A stretch of DNA of 64,000 nt from a bacterium. GTDB lineage: Bacteria; SAR324; JACQKK01. The position numbers and the translations under genes are program-made. Each line of letters begins with the position of its first letter. Within the stretch, counting starts at the first letter, position 1. This document shows positions 10,156 to 20,907 of this stretch, piece after piece. The stretch lies in contig OZ251219.1 of NCBI GenBank assembly GCA_965240465.1, positions 1,280,001-1,344,000 of the forward strand. Reading direction: 5' to 3'. The notes beneath the pieces are model-generated. The model was not told the origin of the DNA and did no database searches. It saw only the letters and a list, made by a program, of their open reading frames with translations.

Positions 10156-10911
10156 TTAAGCGAGTTCTAAATCAATAGGACAATGATCGGATCCCAGTAC
10201 CTGCGATTGAATGCCGCAGGAAATTACCCTGGGACGCAATTGAGGAGAGACGCAAAAATAATCAATCCGCCAACCAATGTTCCTTTCTCGGGAGCGTCCC
10301 ATGTTGCTCCACCAAGTGTAGTTTCCGCCTTCTTTAGTGAATTCCCGAAAGCAATCTATAAACCCCGCCTGAATGATGTTCCCAAAGCTAGCCCTTTCTT
10401 GAGGAGTAAAGCCCGCGTTCTTTTGATTGGCACGCGGGTTAGCTAAATCAATTTCTTGGTGGGCGACATTCAAATCGCCACAGAATACCAGGGGCTTTTT
10501 TTTGGCTAGCTTTTCAAGCCAGCTTAGTAGATCTGAGTCCCACTCCTGAGTGCGATAATCCAAGCGGGCTAGGTCTCTGCGAGCATTGGGTACATAGATG
10601 TTGACAAGGTATAGGTCTTCAAATTCCATGGTAAGCAGGCGTCCTTCTTGGTCGTGCTTCACAATACCCATTCCTTCTTTCACGCGTAAGGGCTTGAGGC
10701 GAGTTAAAATGGCTGTGCCTGAATAACCCTTCTTTTCAGAAATACCCCAAAACATCTCATAGCCCTCGGGGATTTCTAGATTTACTTGCTCAGGCCAAGC
10801 ACGAGTTTCTTGCAAGCAGAGGACATCGGGCTGTTGCTGGGCGATATAATCTAAAAAACCCTTTTTCAAAACTGAGCGAATTCCATTAACATTCCAAGAA
10901 ATAAGCCTCAT
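10156..10911 (-). CDS. xth: Exodeoxyribonuclease III / AP endonuclease (start at ATG 10911 after GGAGG)
   Basis: SWNVNGIR, CLQET, GYSGTA, CGDLNVAH, GWRIDYF, GSDHCPI. Confidence 0.96.
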   Translation of the reverse strand: MRLISWNVNGIRSVLKKGFLDYIAQQQPDVLCLQETRAWPEQVNLEIPEGYEMFWGISEKKGYSGTAILTRLKPLRVKEGMGIVKHDQEGRLLTMEFEDLYLVNIYVPNARRDLARLDYRTQEWDSDLLSWLEKLAKKKPLVFCGDLNVAHQEIDLANPRANQKNAGFTPQERASFGNIIQAGFIDCFREFTKEGGNYTWWSNMGRSRERNIGWRIDYFCVSPQLRPRVISCGIQSQVLGSDHCPIDLELA

Positions 10912-10997
10912 TTGATCCTCCCTAAGAGTAAATTGCCCGCGATAACCACAGCTAAGCATGCTATAGCATAGCAACTGAATGAATAAGAGTGAAAGGC

Positions 10998-13424
10998 TTA
11001 GGCACCAAAAGCCTGCAGAGAACGTTCCAGCAATAACTGAGAAAATTGCTCAGCATCGGTGACATTCATAAAAACACCCTCTGTACCAGAAGATTCAGGG
11101 GCAAAATCAGCTTCAGTAGGCATGACCAGGGAAGCCTCCAGCCTTAAACAGAGTGCGTAGGGACCCTGCAATATTCTCACGCATTCTGAGTAATAGGGTA
11201 GGGCATCCAAAGCCAACTGACTATGCTTGCTCTGGACTAAATGACGCCAAAGGTCAACCGCTTCCTTGGCTCTATTAGTAGCATCAGTACCAACTTTACC
11301 AGTCTGCTCCTGTTCAAAGCGATTAAGCTGGGTCAGATCGCGAATCCAAAGGAAATTGTTTAGGGGTCGCTGAAGGTTATCGGCACGTTCCTGTTTCATC
11401 AGGGGTAGATTGCGTAAAAAACGGCGACGACGTGAATCTTCCGTCAGATAGCCCTGGTGGCTAATGGTAACATCAGGCAGGACAAACACCTGACCAGGGC
11501 CACCGCCTCCTTGTTCGGGATGCTCATGAACCATGCCCTGAAATTGAAATTTTGAGCTACTCCTCAACAAGCGACAAGGTAAATCAGTTTTCAATAACCC
11601 AGGCGGTTGCAAAGAAAAATGATGCTGTGGAATAGCATAGGCATTGAAAATGTTATCCCGCAAATACTTGCCTAAATGTTTTTTGCCAGTCAGTATTTCA
11701 TCGGCATCCAGCCATAGCACCCACTCTGCTGCCGCAGCCCGCAACAACTGGTTGCGGGCTGCGGCAAATCCAGTGTGTAAGGGGCTAGGCAAAGATAATA
11801 TCCGTCCTCGGTAGCCGCGTATCAATGATTTCACCGTTCTGAGTTCCGTAGCTGAATGAGGGCTTTCCTCGTCCAAGCCGATGATCCATTCATCGGCTAC
11901 ACTGGCAACGGAAGCCAGACAATTTGCCAGCCCTGCTTCTCGCACTTTTGTCAAGATACACACCGAGACCGTTTGTGGCGGAGGGCTGGTTATCAGTGGT
12001 TTTAGCCATAATCCAGCTGGGAGGCCTGTTATCATTTGGGCTGATGATAAAACAGCTGCTTGGGCTAGTTTGGTATCGGGACAAGTAGCGGGAGTGAGGG
12101 AGGGATTGTTTGGGTCTATTTGTTGTCTAAGTAAAAGACGCTGATATTTTTTGCGAGCCAATTTCATCAGCTTGCTACGGTGTTGTGGATATTCCTCTAG
12201 ATGTTCTTTTAGGCGACTGATTGGAGGAGGGGATTTTCTCAGCAGGGACATTGCTAAACGCTCAGGTTTGGCGAGCTCTTCTTGCTGTAGTTTCTTATGA
12301 ACTAGAGCTTCTGCTATCTTAAAGGAGCTTTCCCAACTGATGCGATCACGAACCACTTGAGTTTGTTGCTGGAGCTTCATCCAGCGGGACGGGCTATGGG
12401 AGAGAGCCAGAATCTCTTTGACAAAACATGTTCTTAGCTCATCATTGCTTTCTGTCAAGGGTACCCAGATAGCTCCTCCTCCGCGCAAGGTTTCCTCGAG
12501 TGCTCCTGAGGAAGTACAAAGAATAGGCAAACTGGCAAATTGAGTTTCCATAGCCGTAATGCAAGACACTTCTGGAAAGCGAGTGGGATAGACATGCAAC
12601 CAAGCTTGCATCATCTGACGTGCCAGTTCAGCTTTTGATAAATGTCCCAGCCAACGAACATTAGGCAATATCCTACAGCGATGTTCTAGAAATTGATGTA
12701 ATTCCTTTATCCAGGGCGGGCTGTTGTCGTAGTTGCAAACGAACAAGGTAATCTCGGGGTCTTGTTTTAGTAGTTGCTCCATTATGCTGGGCTTGCCATC
12801 GGCTCCTCCTACTAGATGTTCTAATCCTCTTTCTGGGCAGGAAGAATAAAAAAGACGCTTTCCAACGCGTTGATTATTGCCAGAGGAAGCTAAGGAAAAT
12901 AATGAGCTATCCACTGCATTGGGAATCACCGATATGTCCTTTTGCGGCCAGTTGTATATCTTTGTCAAAGCCTGCTTGTGAAAATTTGAAACAGCCATTA
13001 TGGCATCAATGTTCCAGCCTTGGGCTCGCATTTGAGGTCGCAGATGGACTTCTGGCATGTCGTGAGCCCACCAAAGATGGCAGCGGGCAGCCGTGGGAAA
13101 TATAAAGGCTCGCATCATACGCTGAGATACCAGCACATCGTGAGCCACAGAACGTACTGCATTTATGCAATCAATCCCGGGTAGATCTGCACTAGGATGA
13201 TTACCAGCACTAAAATAATTGACGCCCTCCCAAGTGCCTGCTTGCTGGGATGAAATGTTACTAAATACATCCACCTTATGACCAGCCCGAACAGCCTCTC
13301 TAGCTAGATAAAAACAGGCACTCTCAGAGCCACCCAGCGAATAACCCTCCTGGATGCTTCCGCCATGAAAGGGAATTCCGGGTGCATAAAATATCCAGCG
13401 TAGGGTCTTAGCCATTTTCGCCAT
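10998..13424 (-). CDS. Bifunctional glycosyltransferase (GT4-like N-terminal + GT2-like C-terminal)
   Basis: SLGGSESA, YSSCPERGL, YPTRFPEVSCITAME (GT4); VSVCIL...CLASV..VADE, WVLWLDADE, GMVHEHP, I.HQGY (GT2). Confidence 0.85.
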   Translation of the reverse strand: MAKMAKTLRWIFYAPGIPFHGGSIQEGYSLGGSESACFYLAREAVRAGHKVDVFSNISSQQAGTWEGVNYFSAGNHPSADLPGIDCINAVRSVAHDVLVSQRMMRAFIFPTAARCHLWWAHDMPEVHLRPQMRAQGWNIDAIMAVSNFHKQALTKIYNWPQKDISVIPNAVDSSLFSLASSGNNQRVGKRLFYSSCPERGLEHLVGGADGKPSIMEQLLKQDPEITLFVCNYDNSPPWIKELHQFLEHRCRILPNVRWLGHLSKAELARQMMQAWLHVYPTRFPEVSCITAMETQFASLPILCTSSGALEETLRGGGAIWVPLTESNDELRTCFVKEILALSHSPSRWMKLQQQTQVVRDRISWESSFKIAEALVHKKLQQEELAKPERLAMSLLRKSPPPISRLKEHLEEYPQHRSKLMKLARKKYQRLLLRQQIDPNNPSLTPATCPDTKLAQAAVLSSAQMITGLPAGLWLKPLITSPPPQTVSVCILTKVREAGLANCLASVASVADEWIIGLDEESPHSATELRTVKSLIRGYRGRILSLPSPLHTGFAAARNQLLRAAAAEWVLWLDADEILTGKKHLGKYLRDNIFNAYAIPQHHFSLQPPGLLKTDLPCRLLRSSSKFQFQGMVHEHPEQGGGGPGQVFVLPDVTISHQGYLTEDSRRRRFLRNLPLMKQERADNLQRPLNNFLWIRDLTQLNRFEQEQTGKVGTDATNRAKEAVDLWRHLVQSKHSQLALDALPYYSECVRILQGPYALCLRLEASLVMPTEADFAPESSGTEGVFMNVTDAEQFSQLLLERSLQAFGA

Positions 13425-13770
13425 TGATGGAGTCTTCTTTGTCCTCAAACGGATTGCTATTTCTAGCTTCTCCCAGCAAGACTTCGTTCATGTTAAAAAA
13501 CCGAACCTGTTTGGCTTCAACTTTTTTAGCCAGCGGGCAATTAGCACACCTTATCGGTTGGACATTGGGAGGTAGTACATCAAAGTAATTAAGTGCTTCC
13601 ACGAAGGGAATTTTAGCCCGATTTTCTCTGCAGCGTGCCAAAGATAAGGTTGCTGAAAGTCTATAACAGCGAAAATACTGATTTTCTGGAGCTAGTAATT
13701 CTGTTAGGTGTAATTTTTCTATTATTTGGGAAGAATGTACTCCGCAATACTCAGTATTTGCTATAGCCAT
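13408..13770 (-). CDS. Cys-rich hypothetical protein, possible Zn binder
   Basis: FRCYRL...CRENR...CANCPL; AGGAG RBS upstream; overlaps the GT start. Confidence 0.65.
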   Translation of the reverse strand: MAIANTEYCGVHSSQIIEKLHLTELLAPENQYFRCYRLSATLSLARCRENRAKIPFVEALNYFDVLPPNVQPIRCANCPLAKKVEAKQVRFFNMNEVLLGEARNSNPFEDKEDSINGENG

Positions 13771-13934
13771 TAAGAAACTCCTTTAATTGTTTTATTGTCG
13801 CAAACTGCCAAAATAAGATTTAGAACCTCGGCTTCAGATCCAGATCAGGCTTAAGGGGGCTTTAGGTCGTATTAACGACAAACGAACCCATTGCGTTCTC
13901 ACTGAAACAGTAAAAACGTACCCTGTAAGACCTC

Positions 13935-13957
13935 ACTGATATTTTCCTTATATCAGT
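13935..13957. promoter_or_regulatory. Candidate operator (8-bp inverted repeat) in divergent intergenic region
   Basis: actgatat-tttcctt-atatcagt. Confidence 0.4.
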
Positions 13958-14059
13958 TAAAAGACATGGTCGCATCCTTGCATTAGTAAGATTATTCTTA
14001 AACAAGTATAGGTGTTATGTCAATAAAAAATTGTATTTTTCTAATATTATTATAAAAAA

Positions 14060-14851
14060 ATGCCCATGGTTGCTAAAAAAGAGATGGATTCCATTACATT
14101 AAGGATAGAAAAAATTCGCCAGCGGACGGGTCTTTCTCGCCGAGCATTCTGTGCCAAAGTAGGATTTTCTTATGCTCGTTATCATCATCTGTCTGGGGTG
14201 AGGCGTGCCAGACCACCAGTAGATTTACTGACGGCTGTGGTAGAAAAGCTCGGAGTTAATATAGAATGGATCTTCAGTGGGCAGGGAAGTATTTCTAATT
14301 CTCACAAAAAATTCATCCCCATCCCCTTTTATCGCACCGAAAAACAAATTGCTGCCGAGCATGCCAAACCTAAATCTGCCAAACCTAAATCTGCCAAACC
14401 TAAATCTGCCAAACCTAAATCTGCCAAACCTAAATCTGCCAATCTCTCCAGTGAAAACCATAGCCCAGAAAAAGATGGTGAGATTTATACACCATCAGAC
14501 GGACTAGATCAGTCTTATATCGCCCTACATGATGAATGGATAAAGCGGGAGCTCGGTTTTCAGGCGAAGCAATTAGTGTGTACCTCTGGGCAGGGAGATG
14601 CCATGACACCCACCATACAGCCCGGCGATATTATGTTAATAGGATGCCAACTTACACCACCTTATCCAGATGGTATTTATCTATTATTCATCAATAAAGC
14701 CTTGTTGTTAAAGCGTCTGCAATTCCTTCCGAACAACATCGTAAGGGTTTCAGGGGATAACCATGCTTATCAGCCCTTTGAGGCTAGCCTGCAAGATAAT
14801 GGTGATATTAACATCTTAGGGCGAGTATTGTGGATATTTCACAAGTACTAG
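14060..14851 (+). CDS. XRE HTH + S24 peptidase (CI/LexA-like) repressor
   Basis: RIEKIRQRTGLSRRAF...LGVNIEWIFSGQG HTH; GDAMTPTIQPGDI, DGIY, LLKRLQ, SGDN.AY, ILGRV. Canonical GDSM Ser is Ala. Confidence 0.88.
   Translation: MPMVAKKEMDSITLRIEKIRQRTGLSRRAFCAKVGFSYARYHHLSGVRRARPPVDLLTAVVEKLGVNIEWIFSGQGSISNSHKKFIPIPFYRTEKQIAAEHAKPKSAKPKSAKPKSAKPKSAKPKSANLSSENHSPEKDGEIYTPSDGLDQSYIALHDEWIKRELGFQAKQLVCTSGQGDAMTPTIQPGDIMLIGCQLTPPYPDGIYLLFINKALLLKRLQFLPNNIVRVSGDNHAYQPFEASLQDNGDINILGRVLWIFHKY
14362..14442 (+). repeat. 15-bp in-frame tandem repeat (AKPKS x5) in repressor linker
   Basis: tgccaaacctaaatc x5. Confidence 0.95.
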
Positions 14852-15365
14852 CAAGCCGCAGAGCAAGCCGACTAGCATTGCAGACTTAAATAAATATGTA
14901 TTGTGAGTAAAATCCTTACATAAATAAGTAAATTAAACAATAACTTATGAATGTTTATAGCGGTACTTGGTATTATCAATTGCAAGCATTAGCGAGTGAG
15001 ATATAATAATCTTCTGGAGTGTGGAAGACCGCTTTCTGTTTATGAATTTGCACGCAAGAAATATATTAGTAGTATTCTGGGTGCGACAAATGTTTAGGAG
15101 ATTTTTTTTTAATACGACCTCTGGTGGTTTGTTTTCCTTGATCATAGAGTGCTAGTGGATTTTGGGAATTATCTATTTGATAGTGTTTTCTATTTTCCGT
15201 TTTTGCTTGGTTGATTTATAAGTTTCTTGGTGCCTTAAGAAGAGAATTAAGAAACGACCTTCTTTTTGTGTATTTAAGAAGGGTGAAGGACATATCAGAC
15301 GGTGCTTTTTAGTGCAGTCATAGTTGATGTGTTTGGGCAAGCTGGTTGGGGGTTATGTAAGGAAT

Positions 15366-17102
15366 ATGAAGAGTATTGTTATTCCTATTTTTTGGTTGTC
15401 TCTAGTGTTAATGACATGGAAAGCGAGTGCACAGAGTTATATTTACGATCAGATTAATCATGCCCGAGTGTTGCATCGCCAAGGAGAGCTTAGGAAAGCT
15501 GCGTTGGTGTTGACTAGGGTAATCCAAGAGGATCGCTCTGAGAAGGCAGCCCTGCTGGAAAGAGGAACGATTCGTTATAAGCTTGGTGAGTATTTGCAAG
15601 CTGTTGAAGATTTCAGCAGTTATCTGCTCTTGGAAAAGCAGAGTACCGATGGCTATTACAAACGCGGATTGGCATTCTTACTACAGCAGAACAACAAAAA
15701 GGCCCTGGATGATTTTAGCAAAGCGATTGAGCTAAATTCACGTTATAGCCGAGCATACATGCGACGCGGGTTTCTACATAACCTGAATGGTCATCATCAA
15801 TCTGCTCTGGAAGATTTAGATAAATATCTCAGCTTGGAGAAGAATTCTTTTGAAGGTCATTTGTATCGGGGGGTAGCATATTATTTTCTTGGTCAGCCGG
15901 GTAATGCGATTGCAGATTACAATCGGGCTTTAAGGATAGTCCCCAAAAATGCCTTGATTTACAACAATCGTGGCTTGGCTCAAAAATCTGCGGGTCAGCA
16001 TGGTCAGGCTGATAAGGATTTTAAGCGGGCGCGCACTTTAGAGGGGTATCCTGTAGCTCGGGAAGCGGTCTTAAATAAGGCAGAGTATTATTTCAAAGAT
16101 CAGGATATTGCCCGCGAGCTCGGGATGAACCATCAGCCTCGGGCAGATAGTATCCGTCCTAAGTTACGATTGCTGGATGCCACCGTAGATTTAGAGCAAG
16201 GACATGTTACTATCGCCTTACAAAAAATGGAAAGGCTACTGAAAACCTCCAACGACCCCAACTTACGCCTAGCACGTGCAATAACCTACATGCGTATTCC
16301 CGATTATCCGCGGGCTGAAAATGATTTGCTAGTGGTGCTTCGCCAACAGCCAGATACCCCTGAAGTACATCGCATGCTAGGAGATGTCTATTACAACACT
16401 GGCCGATTATCCAAGGCGGTGAAGCAATATGGAGCTTATTTTAAGCATGGTGGTTCGGATTCGGCAGTGCGATTGCGTCGTGCTCAGGCCAGCTATATCT
16501 CTGATAATTTTATTCAGGCAGTAGATGATTATACAGAGCTATTAAAAAATGTCCGTGGCAAACACGCTTGGACTTATTACCGAGCCAGAGGAAATGTCTA
16601 TCTAGCAGCCAAAGAACCTGAGAAAGCCATCTCCGATTATCAGATTGTTTTGCAGACACGCAGTCGGGATAAGCTGGTACTACTGCGATTATCCGAGGCG
16701 TATTATCTTCAGGGGCAACATGATAAATCATTGAGATGGCTAAACAGGGGGATAAAGATTTATCCTGAGAACAGGGCGTTCTATTTATTACGGGCAAAGG
16801 TTTGGAGAGAGAAAGGTAAATTTAAGACTGCGGTGGCAGACCTAGAAAAAGCGGTTGATATTTCGCCAGATGCTGAGTTGTATTATCGGTTAGGGAAATT
16901 GTACGCGGAGATTGGTGGTCATAAGCGGGCGATTCGTTGGTTGAATAAAAGCATTCAATTGAATAAGAAGCAGGCAGCAGCTTATACACAAAGGGGTATT
17001 CTCTATCGGAAGGAAAAGAAACTTAGCCAAGCTAAAGGGGATTGGGAATTAGGCTGTCAGTTGGGTGATAAATTGGCTTGTCAGTTCTTACAAAAGTTAT
17101 GA
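15366..17102 (+). CDS. Exported TPR-repeat protein
   Basis: Signal peptide ending ASA-Q; many 34-aa TPRs (YYKRG...ALDDFSKAIELN). Confidence 0.85.
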   Translation: MKSIVIPIFWLSLVLMTWKASAQSYIYDQINHARVLHRQGELRKAALVLTRVIQEDRSEKAALLERGTIRYKLGEYLQAVEDFSSYLLLEKQSTDGYYKRGLAFLLQQNNKKALDDFSKAIELNSRYSRAYMRRGFLHNLNGHHQSALEDLDKYLSLEKNSFEGHLYRGVAYYFLGQPGNAIADYNRALRIVPKNALIYNNRGLAQKSAGQHGQADKDFKRARTLEGYPVAREAVLNKAEYYFKDQDIARELGMNHQPRADSIRPKLRLLDATVDLEQGHVTIALQKMERLLKTSNDPNLRLARAITYMRIPDYPRAENDLLVVLRQQPDTPEVHRMLGDVYYNTGRLSKAVKQYGAYFKHGGSDSAVRLRRAQASYISDNFIQAVDDYTELLKNVRGKHAWTYYRARGNVYLAAKEPEKAISDYQIVLQTRSRDKLVLLRLSEAYYLQGQHDKSLRWLNRGIKIYPENRAFYLLRAKVWREKGKFKTAVADLEKAVDISPDAELYYRLGKLYAEIGGHKRAIRWLNKSIQLNKKQAAAYTQRGILYRKEKKLSQAKGDWELGCQLGDKLACQFLQKL

Positions 17103-17260
17103 TTTTTGGTAGACTGCCCTGAGGTGAGGGTATTTTATCAAGAATATGCTTGCTCTTATAGGCCTTGCTGGAATGGGGGAGGCACGGATAGTTTGGCTGG
17201 TGCTGTTCTGTTCTCGGTTAATTTTTTACCTTTTTAGGAAGAAAGGTTATTTCCTTTGGC

Positions 17261-20200
17261 ATGAAGCTAAAGCAGCTACGCATCAGCGGGTTTAAGTCAT
17301 TTTGTGATGAAACCGAATTTCGTTTTGACGGCGGTCTGGTCAGCATGATTGTTGGTCCCAATGGCTGTGGTAAGAGCAATGTCGCCGACGCCCTTGGCTG
17401 GGCATTAGGAGAACAAAGCCCTCGCTCTATGCGTGGTGCGAGTATGTCTGATGTCATATTCAATGGGAGTAGTACTCGTAAGGCGGTCAATCTGGCAGAG
17501 GTAAGCGTGTTGTTTGACAATCGCGAACGAAAGGCCTTGGAAAAGTACAATGATTTTAGCGAAATTGCCATTACGCGGCGGCTTTATCGCTCTGGTGAAA
17601 GCGAGTACTTGATCAACAATGTTGGTTGTCGCCTGATGGATGTGCGTGAATTGCTGATGGATACAGGGGCAGCGGGACGTGCCTATTCTATTGTGGAACA
17701 AGGGCGAGTGGAATCCTTTGTATCGGCTTCGGCAGAGGATCGTCGTCAGTTTATGGAAGAAGCAGCTGGGGTGATGCGTTATAAAACTCACCGACTAACA
17801 GCAGAACGCAAACTAGAACAAACACAGCAAAATCTACGGCGAGTAGATGATGTCCTGAGTGAGTTATATCGTCAAGAAGCGGTGCTTTCTCAGCAAGTGA
17901 AGAATGTGCAACAAGTGCGAAATCTACAGCAGGAAACCGAGCAAGTTCAGCTGGCTTTAGGTTGTAAGTCCTATGCTGAGAAGTTACTCGTGGTGCAATC
18001 ATTGGAGGAGCAGCTGGATAAGCTAAAGCAAGCAGCCGAGCAAATAGAAGAGGGGTTGGAGGCATCCCTGAAGACTGCCGAAATAGATGGCAGTACACAG
18101 GCGGAATCCTTGCAGAACGCTCGGGCTGAGCAAGAAAAAACTCGGCAAATATTGCAGAAAGACCAGCAACAATTAGAAATGCTAACAGAAAGTCAACCGC
18201 AAAGCATGGGTTGGAAATCCCACCTAGAAGCCGATTTACAAAAAATTGACACTAGCTTTTCACAAATGGAAAAAGCCCTAAAAGAAAAAGAAAAACTCCA
18301 AAAAGAACTAGTCAGAGAATTGAATAAGGAAGAAAAATCCCTACAGCTAAAGCAAAACCTACACGATAAGCATCAAGCAGCTTTTACTCAGGATGATGCA
18401 AAACAACAGCAGCAACAAGAGCGTTTATTTGCGTTCCATGACCAATTGAACGGGATTAATCATCGGTCTCAACAGTTGTCCGAGCAATTGAACCGCTGGA
18501 AAGGGAGTGAAGAAGCCTTGATGAACCAATTCCGAGGACTTCAGCAGGAGAAATCTTCTCAGCAAGGAGCTCAGCAACAGCAAAAAGTGCTGGCGTCTTT
18601 GCGAGATTCCCTTCAAGCAGTTAGAGCCTCACATGGAGCTACTATGGCGGAGGAAAAAAAATCCCTGGAAATAGAAAATCAGGCTCGGGAGCGTCACACT
18701 GAATTGGAAAAGCGTCAGCTAGAATGTACCCTGCGTTTTCAAGCTCTTAAAGAGATGCAGGACAATCTTGAGGGATTCACTGGTCCTGTGAAGAGTCTTT
18801 TTGCTTGGTTGCAGGCTAATCCTCAATCTGCCCAGAAACTGAAAGTATGTGGGGTGATGTCGGACTTGTTCACTGCATCTAAGGAGGTACTGCGGTGGGC
18901 GGGAACCTACTTGGCAAGTTTTTCGGGCTGGGTAGTGATTGAATCCAGTGCGAATTTGCTGTCATTGGCTAATTTGCTGGAGAAGGAGCAAATAGGAGGG
19001 ATTAGCTTTGTGGCTCTAGACAGACTGCCGCAACTACCTGCTGATGAGGGAGTGAGTTTAGCTTCGCGGTTGAGATATGCTCCTAAATTCAAGCCATTGT
19101 TTCAGGCGTTATTCGGCAATGTGATGGTGCATGAGGGAGAGAAGTGGGCGGAAGTATTTGCTTCTGATTGGCACAAAAGATGGAAAACGGATTCAGAATG
19201 GCTTAGTGAAGGTATTGCCGTTCACATGGGATTAAAGGGAGAGGTTGTTTTAGGGCTGAAGAAAGAGAGCGGAGTGGAAGTCCTACAAAGGCGGTTAAAG
19301 TTAGAGGAATTGGAAAAAGAACTCGGTTCTCTAGCAAATTCGTGCAAAAAAGTGAACAAAGAGCTAGAAGCAGCTGGGGAAAATCTAAAATCTTGGGAGC
19401 AAAAGCGAATTGCTCATCAGGCGGAGCTGGAAGAAAAAAATCAGGCACTGATGTCCTGTGAACAGCATTGGCATGTCCTTCAAACCGAGCAGCAACGCTT
19501 CACCCGAAAAGAGGAACAATTGCAAAGCGAATTGAACTCAAATCGCAGCGGACAAAAAATATTGGCATCCGAACGCGATGCCCTAATAAGCCAAATCAAG
19601 GATGTTGAAAATAAGCGGGCAACTACCGAAAAAGAAGTGAACCAGTCATCAACAAAATTAGGGCAGCTGCGTCAATCTTCAGAAGAGGCTACCGTAGCTC
19701 TTTCTCGGCAACAGGCCTTATGTATCAGGCTGAAAAGCAATCTGGATGCCTCTGGAAAAGAATACCAGCAATTAAGGCAATCGCTGGAAGGGCTGTCCTC
19801 TCAACGGAGTGAGCAGCAAATTCGTCAACGGAATTGGCAGGAAGAAGAAATAAAGAAAAAGGAACGCAAAAAACAGCTGAAAGAGCAAATCACTCAAATG
19901 AAGAGTACCTACACTCACCAGAAAAAGCAGAGGCTAATTCTGGAAAGGCAATTTAAGCAGAAAGAAGCTGAACGGAGAAAAATAGCGGTAAAAGTCCACC
20001 AAAGCAGAGAAAAACAAGGCAAATATCACAAAAATAAGCACGCCCTAGAATTGAAATTGGCTGAAGAAAAAGTCAGGCTGGAACAATCTGCCGTGAAAGT
20101 CACTCCCTTGCTGGCACAAGTGGAGTTTTCTAAAGAGACCACCCAAAAAATATCCAAGCTGGATCAAGATGCCAAGCTCAGATATCTATTTTCTGCTGAA

Positions 20201-20884
20201 ATCCAAATACTACCCGAAGCATTAAGCAATCACTCCCGAAAACAGCTGGAGCAAAAACTATTAAAAAACGAGCATAACTTGCAAAAATTCAGTGATGTGA
20301 ACATGACCGCTCCCAAAGAACATCAAAAACTGACCGAACGCACCGCTCATATGAAAGACCAACAAGCCGATCTACAGAGTGCCATCAAGAATTTACACGA
20401 TTCCATTCTGCGTCTCAATCAGGAATCCCAAAGGCGATTCCTAAAAACTTTTAAGGCTGTAAATACCAAATTTGAAGAACTATTTGTTAACATCTTCGGA
20501 GGAGGAGAAGCTCGCCTGATGATGACCCAAAAAGATGATCCCCTCAATACAGGAGTGGATATCTATGCTCATCCGCCCGGTAAAAAGCTACAAAACATCA
20601 ATCTACTCTCTGGAGGAGAAAAAGCTCTCACCTCCATTGCCCTGATATTCGCCTTCTTTCTGCACAAACCCAGCCCCTTCTGTCTGCTGGATGAAGTGGA
20701 TGCTCCCCTAGATGATGTCAACATAGCTCGCTTTAATCGCTTATTAAAATCCATGACAAAGCACACTCAGTTCATCATCATAACCCACAACAAGCGTACC
20801 ATGGAAGTCGGAGACACCCTCTACGGAGTCACCATGGAAAAAGCAGGAGTTTCGCGGATCGTTTCGGTGCGACTGCCACAATAG
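17261..20884 (+). CDS. smc: Chromosome segregation protein SMC
   Basis: GFKSF, VGPNGCGKSN, coiled coils, hinge, LSGGEK, LDEVDAPLD, ITHNK. Confidence 0.97.
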   Translation: MKLKQLRISGFKSFCDETEFRFDGGLVSMIVGPNGCGKSNVADALGWALGEQSPRSMRGASMSDVIFNGSSTRKAVNLAEVSVLFDNRERKALEKYNDFSEIAITRRLYRSGESEYLINNVGCRLMDVRELLMDTGAAGRAYSIVEQGRVESFVSASAEDRRQFMEEAAGVMRYKTHRLTAERKLEQTQQNLRRVDDVLSELYRQEAVLSQQVKNVQQVRNLQQETEQVQLALGCKSYAEKLLVVQSLEEQLDKLKQAAEQIEEGLEASLKTAEIDGSTQAESLQNARAEQEKTRQILQKDQQQLEMLTESQPQSMGWKSHLEADLQKIDTSFSQMEKALKEKEKLQKELVRELNKEEKSLQLKQNLHDKHQAAFTQDDAKQQQQQERLFAFHDQLNGINHRSQQLSEQLNRWKGSEEALMNQFRGLQQEKSSQQGAQQQQKVLASLRDSLQAVRASHGATMAEEKKSLEIENQARERHTELEKRQLECTLRFQALKEMQDNLEGFTGPVKSLFAWLQANPQSAQKLKVCGVMSDLFTASKEVLRWAGTYLASFSGWVVIESSANLLSLANLLEKEQIGGISFVALDRLPQLPADEGVSLASRLRYAPKFKPLFQALFGNVMVHEGEKWAEVFASDWHKRWKTDSEWLSEGIAVHMGLKGEVVLGLKKESGVEVLQRRLKLEELEKELGSLANSCKKVNKELEAAGENLKSWEQKRIAHQAELEEKNQALMSCEQHWHVLQTEQQRFTRKEEQLQSELNSNRSGQKILASERDALISQIKDVENKRATTEKEVNQSSTKLGQLRQSSEEATVALSRQQALCIRLKSNLDASGKEYQQLRQSLEGLSSQRSEQQIRQRNWQEEEIKKKERKKQLKEQITQMKSTYTHQKKQRLILERQFKQKEAERRKIAVKVHQSREKQGKYHKNKHALELKLAEEKVRLEQSAVKVTPLLAQVEFSKETTQKISKLDQDAKLRYLFSAEIQILPEALSNHSRKQLEQKLLKNEHNLQKFSDVNMTAPKEHQKLTERTAHMKDQQADLQSAIKNLHDSILRLNQESQRRFLKTFKAVNTKFEELFVNIFGGGEARLMMTQKDDPLNTGVDIYAHPPGKKLQNINLLSGGEKALTSIALIFAFFLHKPSPFCLLDEVDAPLDDVNIARFNRLLKSMTKHTQFIIITHNKRTMEVGDTLYGVTMEKAGVSRIVSVRLPQ

Positions 20885-20907
20885 TGAATAGAATTGTTCA
20901 GGGGCGG

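Noticed and set aside
14880-15320. Replication origin in AT-rich gap
   Set aside because: No DnaA-box cluster or oriC-associated genes seen
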